Of a stretch of DNA of 64,000 bases, positions 57,746 to 64,000 are shown piece after piece. The translations under genes were made by a program, and so were the position numbers. The stretch is from the human T2T-CHM13v2.0 reference genome, Homo sapiens: the NCBI RefSeq assembly GCF_009914755.1, contig NC_060928.1. One strand, given 5' to 3'. The notes beneath the pieces were generated by a model. The model made no database searches. It saw nothing but the letters and a program-made list of their open reading frames with translations, and had not been told where the DNA came from. Position 1 is the stretch's first letter. Each line of letters opens with the position of its first letter.

Positions 57746-58582
57746 AAAAATATAGTCAGATATTTTTATTTCTTAAAATTAATCGGATGTTTGAATAAAA
57801 AGCAATAATCTAAGGGTATTATTGTAATTGATGTCAGAGCTAAGTATAAATCTATTTGAAGTGTTTCAGAATCGTTAAGGAATTGTACATCACATTAAAC
57901 AATGGTCTGAACACTAGCTTATCTGTAATACTGAATTAAAATGTAAAATTTCAATATTTTAATTAAATAATCACAGTTACTTTACATATGTAAATGATTT
58001 TGGCAAGTAAGCAATTGTTCTCTATCAATTTTCATCCATTCTTCCTTTGCCATGCCTCTTATTAGAGGCAGTAGGATTCAACTATTCTAATTCTGGTTGC
58101 TTTACGACTCTTAATTTACAAAGATTTGTACCATGTCATCCCTTTTTAAGTCACTTCTAGTGAGCTACATAATCTCTATTTTACATTAATCCTTACAACA
58201 ATTATAGCTAATACCCCAAAATTTAATGTTTAATTGTTCAATGATTACTTAATATAACATAGTTATCTACATTTATATATTTGTACATTTTTTCAGTTCA
58301 CACAAAGTCATGTAGTCCTACAGAAATGTCTAGTACACCGCTATTTTATATAATCAATATTGTATATTTGACCTGAGTAAAAATACATTAATTGTAATAA
58401 CTTTTGACTCTTACTTCCTGGTTATTGTGAAGTTGTAAAAGGAATATTCTCATTGTTAAGGTCGCATAATTGCATTACCAAATTATTACTTTTACTGAAA
58501 TCAGCGGGTAGAATACAACTCCATAAAGTTGTGCTTCTCAGTTGGGAGATGAAAGAGTAAGAGCATTTTCCAGTAGAGGAAT

Positions 58583-58965
58583 GTCTTACACAGGGTTCCT
58601 AGGAAGCAGAGACTGGGGCAAAATCTTGTGAGCTAATACTTTATTGAAAGTGCAATTCTGAGGACCACCAAAGCAAAAGAAAAGTGAGGCCTGGAGATAG
58701 AGCATATATAAGAGAGTTAAATAACAGGTCATAGGTTTCCAACAAATACATCTGGGGGCTGTGTCCTAGAGGGATGTCCCTAGAGACCCAAAGGACACAA
58801 ATCCATCTTGGGACAGTTTTCAGGCATGAAGGGCAAAACCATGGATATAATGGCTCCTTCTTGACTGCTGTACCTTATCAAAGACTACACAACAAGACAA
58901 CAACTCTTTTACATTTCTAGGTGTCCTAACAGACTCTCTGGGCATCACTACGAAAGCCATAGTTC
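58583..58965 (-). mobile_element. Old ERVL-class LTR fragment
   Basis: 'tgtcttacacagggttcctaggaagcagagactggggcaaaatcttgtgagctaatactttattg' is a typical antisense ERVL LTR end containing the polyA signal. Confidence 0.55.
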
Positions 58966-58969
58966 TAGG

Positions 58970-61900
58970 CCCAGTAGTATGCTGGCTTCAGGCATGACCC
59001 AGTGCATTCCCAGCCTTGATGGCCACAGGGAGAGACTCCTTGTGCTTAAGAAAAAGAGAAGGAAATGAAAAGAGGACTTTGTCTTGAAACTTGGGTACCA
59101 GCTGAGCCACAGTTAAATAAAGCACCAAGCAGGCACCTAATGCCCTCAGTCCCTGTCCCAGCTGCTGGACAGCATTTCTCAATCCACCCAGTGCCAAAAG
59201 GGAACCTGCTGACCTGAAGAAAAAAGCCCAGTCTTGACTGGTTTTATAACCTGATTAAAGAGCAGTTGGACATTGAATAAACATCAATTATAGCCAGGAA
59301 ATAGCCAACAGAAGACTTGGGTGAGACCCAGTACTGTGCTGACTTCAGGTGTGACCTAGCATAGTCCCAGTGGTGGTGGTAATGGGAGTGCATGCATTGC
59401 CTTTCCCCCAACTCCAGGCAGCTCAGCATAGAGAGAGAGGCTCTGTTTGTTTGAGGGAAAGTAAGGGAAGAGAACAAGAGACATTACCTGGTAATCCATG
59501 AAATTGTCACAATATGCACCCAATACCACTAAAATGAAACTTCTATGAGTTTGCAGGAATCCTAGCATTACTGGGCTTGGGATGTCCACTATTGCACATA
59601 CAACTGCAGTGACCAAAGACTTGGATCACAACACTCAATTTCCTTGGAATACTTGGAAAGCCTTCTCCAGAAGAAGATGTACAAACAAGCCCAGACTGAA
59701 AAGATTAGAAAAAAAATGTCTAACTGTTTAATATCTAACTATATGCAAATAAATTGGAAAACCTAAAGAAAATAAACTCCTAGACATATATAACCTAGCA
59801 AGATTGAATCAGGAAGAAATTCAAAAACCTGAAGATATCAATAGCAAGTAGTGAGATGAAAACCATAATAAAAAGTCTCCCAATAAAGCAAAGCCCAGGA
59901 CCTGATGGCTTCATTGCTGAATTCTACCAAACATTTAAAAAAGAACTAATACCAATCCTACTCAAACTATTCATAAAAATAAAGGTAGACAAATACATTC
60001 AAACTCATTCTATGAGATCAGCATTACTCTGATACAAAAAAACAGACAAAGATACATCAAAAAATAAAATGAAATGCCAATAATCCTTAGTGAACACTGA
60101 TGGAAAAATTCCCAACACGATGCAAACAAATCAAATTCCAAAACACATTAAAGAGATCCTTTATTATGACCTATTGTAATTCATCCCAAAGATGCAAGGG
60201 ATGGTACAACATACACCAATCAATCAATGTGATGCATCATATCAACAGAATGAAGGAAAAAACGAATATGATCATCTAATTGATGCTGAAAAATATATAT
60301 GATACAATTCAACATCCCTTCATCATGAAAACCCTCAAAAATTGGGAATAAAAGGAACATATCTCAAAAAAAAAAAGTCATATATTACCAACCCATAGCT
60401 AATATTATACTGAATGGGGGAAAAAAACAAACACTTTTCTCCAAGATCTGGAACAAGATAAAGATTCCCACTTTCATTACTGTTACTCAACATCATCCTG
60501 GAAATCCCAGCTAGAGCAATTAGACAAGAGAAAGAAATAAAAGGCTTGAAATTGGAAAGAAAGAAGTCAAATTACCCTGGTTGCAAATAATATAATCTTA
60601 TATTTAGAAAAACCTAAGGACCCTACCAAAAAAAATTAGGACTAATAAACAAATTCAATAAAGTTCCATAATACAAAATCAATATACAAAAATCAGTAAC
60701 ATTTCTATACACCAAGAGCAAGCAATCTGAAAAATAAATCAAGAAAGTAATCCCATTTATAATAGCTACATAAAATAAAGTAAAATAAAATAACTATAAA
60801 TAAACTTAACCAAAGAAGTAAAAGATCTCTACAATAAAAACTATGCAACATTTATTTAAAATATTGAGGAAGACACAAAAAATGGAAAAATAGTCCACGT
60901 TCATGGATTGGAGGAACTGATATAATTCTTAAAATGTCCGTAAAAGAGGGATCTACAGATTCAGTGCAATCCATACAAAATACCAACAATATTTTTCACA
61001 GACATAGAAAAAATCCTAAAATTTAAATGTAATCACAAAAGACTCAGTATAGCCACAGCCATTTGAGGAAAAAAAAAAAACTGGAGGAATCACATTATCT
61101 GACTTTAAATAATACTACAGAGCTATAGTAACCAAAACAGCATGGTGCTGACATAAAAAGAGACACATAGACTAATGTAACAGAATATAGAACCTAGAAA
61201 TAAATTTATACATCTACAGTGAATTCATTTTCAACAAAAGTACAAGGAGCATACATTGGAGAAAAGACACTCTCTTCAATAAATGGTGCTGGAAAAACTG
61301 GATATCTGTATGCAGAAGAATAAAACTAGATATCTACCTCCTGCCGTGTATGAAAGTCAAATCAAAATGAATTAGACTTAAATCTCAGACCTGAAAATAT
61401 GAGACTATTAAAAGAAAACATTGAGGAAACTCTCCAGGATATTTGTCTGGAGAAAGATTTCTTGAGTAATGCCCAAAAAGCACAGGCAACCCACGAAAAA
61501 AAAGGACAAATATAATCACATCAAGTTAAAAACCTTCTGCTCAGCAAAGGAAACAATCATAAAAATGAAGAAACAATTCACAGCATGGGAGAAAATGTTT
61601 GCAAACTGTCTATTTGACAAGGGATTAATAACTAGAATATATAAGGAACTCAATTCAATCAAAAAAATCTAATAATCTCATAAAAAATGGTTGAAAAATA
61701 TGAATAGACATTTTCCAAAGGCCATACAAATGGAAAACAGATATGAAATGGTGCTCAATATCACTGATCTTCAGAGAAATGCAAATTAAAACTACAAGGA
61801 GATATTATCTCACCCCAATTAAAAGAGCTTTCATCCAAAAGACACGTAATAATGAATGCTGGTTAGGATGCACAGAAACAGAACCCTCATATGCTGTTGG

Positions 61901-63088
61901 TAGGAATATAAAGTAGTCCAGCTACTATGTAGTCAGTATGGAGGTTCCTCAAAAAACTACAAATAAAACTGTCATATGATCCAGCAATCCCACTGCTAGG
62001 TATATAACTTAAAGAAACCTAATCAGTATAAGAAGACATATGTGCGTTTCCATGTTTATTGCAACACTACTCACAATAGCCAAGATTTGAAATCCATCTA
62101 AGTGTCCATCAACAAATAAATGGATAAAGAAAATGTGGTACATATACATGATGGGATATTATCCAGCCCTAAAAAGGATGAGATCCTGTCATTTGCAACA
62201 ACACAGATGGAATTGGAGGACATTGTGTAAAGTGATATAGTCTAGGCACGGAAAGACAAACTTCAAATGTTCTCACTCACGTGTGGAAGCTAAAAATTAA
62301 AACTAACTCATATAGATAAAGAGTAGAATGATGGTTATCAGTGGCTGAGAAGGGTAGTGAGGATGTGTGGAAACAGGGATGTTTAGTGGTGATATAGTTT
62401 GGATATTTGTTCCCGTCCAAATTTTATGTTGAAATTGAATCCCCAATGTTGGAGGTGGGGATTGGTGGGAGGTGTTTGGATCATGGGGGAAATTTCTCAT
62501 CAATGGTTTCAGCCATCCCCTTTGTGATAAGTGAGCTTTTTCTCTGAGTTCACATGAGATCTAGTCATTTAATGCTGTGTGAAACTTTCCCCAAAGTCTC
62601 TTTCTTGTTTGCTCCTGCTTTTGCTCTATGACATTCCTGTTCCTCCTTCATCTTCTGCCATAATTGAAAGCTCCCTGAGGCTTCACCAAAAGTTGAGTTT
62701 CCTATAAAGCCTGCAGAAACCTGAGCCAACTAAACCTCTTTTCTTTGTAAATTACCCAGTCTCAGGTATTTCTTTACAGCAATGCAAGAACAGCCTGATA
62801 CAGTCGGTACAAAAATAATTAGACAAAATGCATAAGTGCTAGTATTTGTTAGCAGAAGAGAGTGACTACAGTCAGCAATACTTTGTTGTACATTATAGAA
62901 TAACTGAAGGAGTACAATTGGAATGTGTGTAACACCGAGAAATAATGAATGCTTGAGGTGATGGATACCCCATTTATCTTGATGTGATTATTACATATTG
63001 CATTGTATGCCTGTATCAAAATATCTCATGCACCCCATAAATATATATATACCTACTATGTACCCATAAAGGTTAAAAATATAAAAAG
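58970..63088 (+). mobile_element. L1MA3-like element: partial 5'UTR joined to ORF2 (ORF1/EN deleted) through the 3' end
   Basis: 5'UTR repeats at 58970-59735, then 'aactatatgcaaataaattggaaaaccta' (LYANKLENL) and 'aaagcccaggacctgatggcttc' (KSPGPDGF). ORF 61469 'IKLKTFCSAKETI...WEKMFAN'. 3' end 'atatctcatgcaccccataaat...tacctactatgtaccc'. Confidence 0.93.
62390..62802 (+). mobile_element. MaLR solo LTR (MSTA1/MSTA-like) nested in the L1 3'UTR
   Basis: TG...CA ends: 'tgatatagtttggatatttg...gcaatgcaagaacagcctgataca'; L1 resumes 'ggtacaaaaata'. Confidence 0.92.
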
Positions 63089-63370
63089 CACTAAATATTC
63101 TCAGTTTTAATTTTTCACCATATTAGTAAATTGAAAGACATGTCATAATCATATAACATTTTCAATCACATATAGATTTCTCTAATTTGCATATAAAATA
63201 TTTATATATTAAATTATTTTTTAAATGATAACAATATTTCAAAGCTCCATATAGGTTGTGGTTTGGTTCAACACACTTGAAGAGAAAATTAAACGCAGAA
63301 ACCCAAGGGCACTTAATTCAGATACTCATGCCCTATTTTATGTTTTAGTGAGATTGGTGAGTATAGTAGT

Positions 63371-63697
63371 TGATATGGATTGGCTGTGTCCCCACCCAAA
63401 TATCATTTTGAATTTTAGTTCCCATAATCCCCAGATGTCATGGGAGGGACCCAGTGGGAAGCAATTGGATCATGGGGGCAGTTTTCCCCATGCTGTTCTC
63501 ATGATAGCGAGTTCTCATGAGATCTGATGGTTTTATAAGGGGCTTCCCCCTTCCCTCAGCATTCATTATCTCTCCTGCTACCCTGTGAAGAGGTGCCTTC
63601 CACCATGATTGTTTCCTGAGGCCTCCCCAGCCATGCAGAACTGTGAGTCAATTAAACCTCTTTTCTTTATTAATTACCCAGTCTCAGGTATTTCATG
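63371..63697 (+). mobile_element. THE1 (B/C-like) LTR, 3'-truncated
   Basis: 'tgatatggattggctgtgtccccacccaaat...gaggcctccccagccatgcagaactgtgagtcaattaaacctc...cccagtctcaggtatttc'; terminal about 25 nt absent. Confidence 0.92.
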
Positions 63698-64000
63698 GAA
63701 GCTGTGGTTGGCAGTCTATTAATGTGAGGTACAACACAGAGGAAGCAACCTTCCTAATGACTCGGCCTGCATGATTTCAGTGGACTCAAGTTTAGGTATT
63801 TTATCAATATAATTTGAAGGAAGTTACATCCATCTCTGACACAGTTCAGCTTCTCTCTCTGATTAATTTTTGCTGCATTTTTATTTCAATGTAATTTTGT
63901 GTGTAATTGATGTAACTCTTGGTTAAGAAGAGAGAAGGCACAGATGCATATTCCACCATATGTAGAAAATTGTAAAATGTACCTCATCTTCAAAAACACA

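Noticed and set aside
58971-59490. Imperfect direct repeats ('ccagta..gtgctg.cttcagg..tgacc')
   Set aside because: These are the internal repeats expected in old L1 5'UTRs, not an independent array.

Overview
This is primate (human-like) nuclear DNA that is AT-rich and CpG-depleted, consistent with a gene-poor intronic or intergenic region. No protein-coding gene, RNA gene or CpG island can be supported. The supplied ORFs are short and are either Alu, L1, L2 or ERV translations or chance ORFs. Much of the window is fossil transposable elements: about 17 Alus (FLAM/J, S and Y lineages, many with target-site duplications, TSDs), L1MA/MC/MD/ME fragments, L2, MIR, Tigger3b and MER47 DNA transposons, ERVL-class LTRs, an ERVL provirus remnant with readable protease and RT motifs, and MST and THE1 MaLR LTRs. 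The most informative structures are two adjacent 5'-inverted (twin-primed) L1MA insertions at 26.55-32.22 kb, whose junctions and TSDs can be reconstructed and which carry nested younger insertions. Other points of note are an AluYd-type element, a pure (TA)28 tract, and a few candidate micro-exons and enhancer-like unique blocks. I do not see a convincing novel biological system. Subfamily names come from my recollection of consensus sequences and need Dfam/RepeatMasker confirmation. Boundaries of old repeats are approximate.
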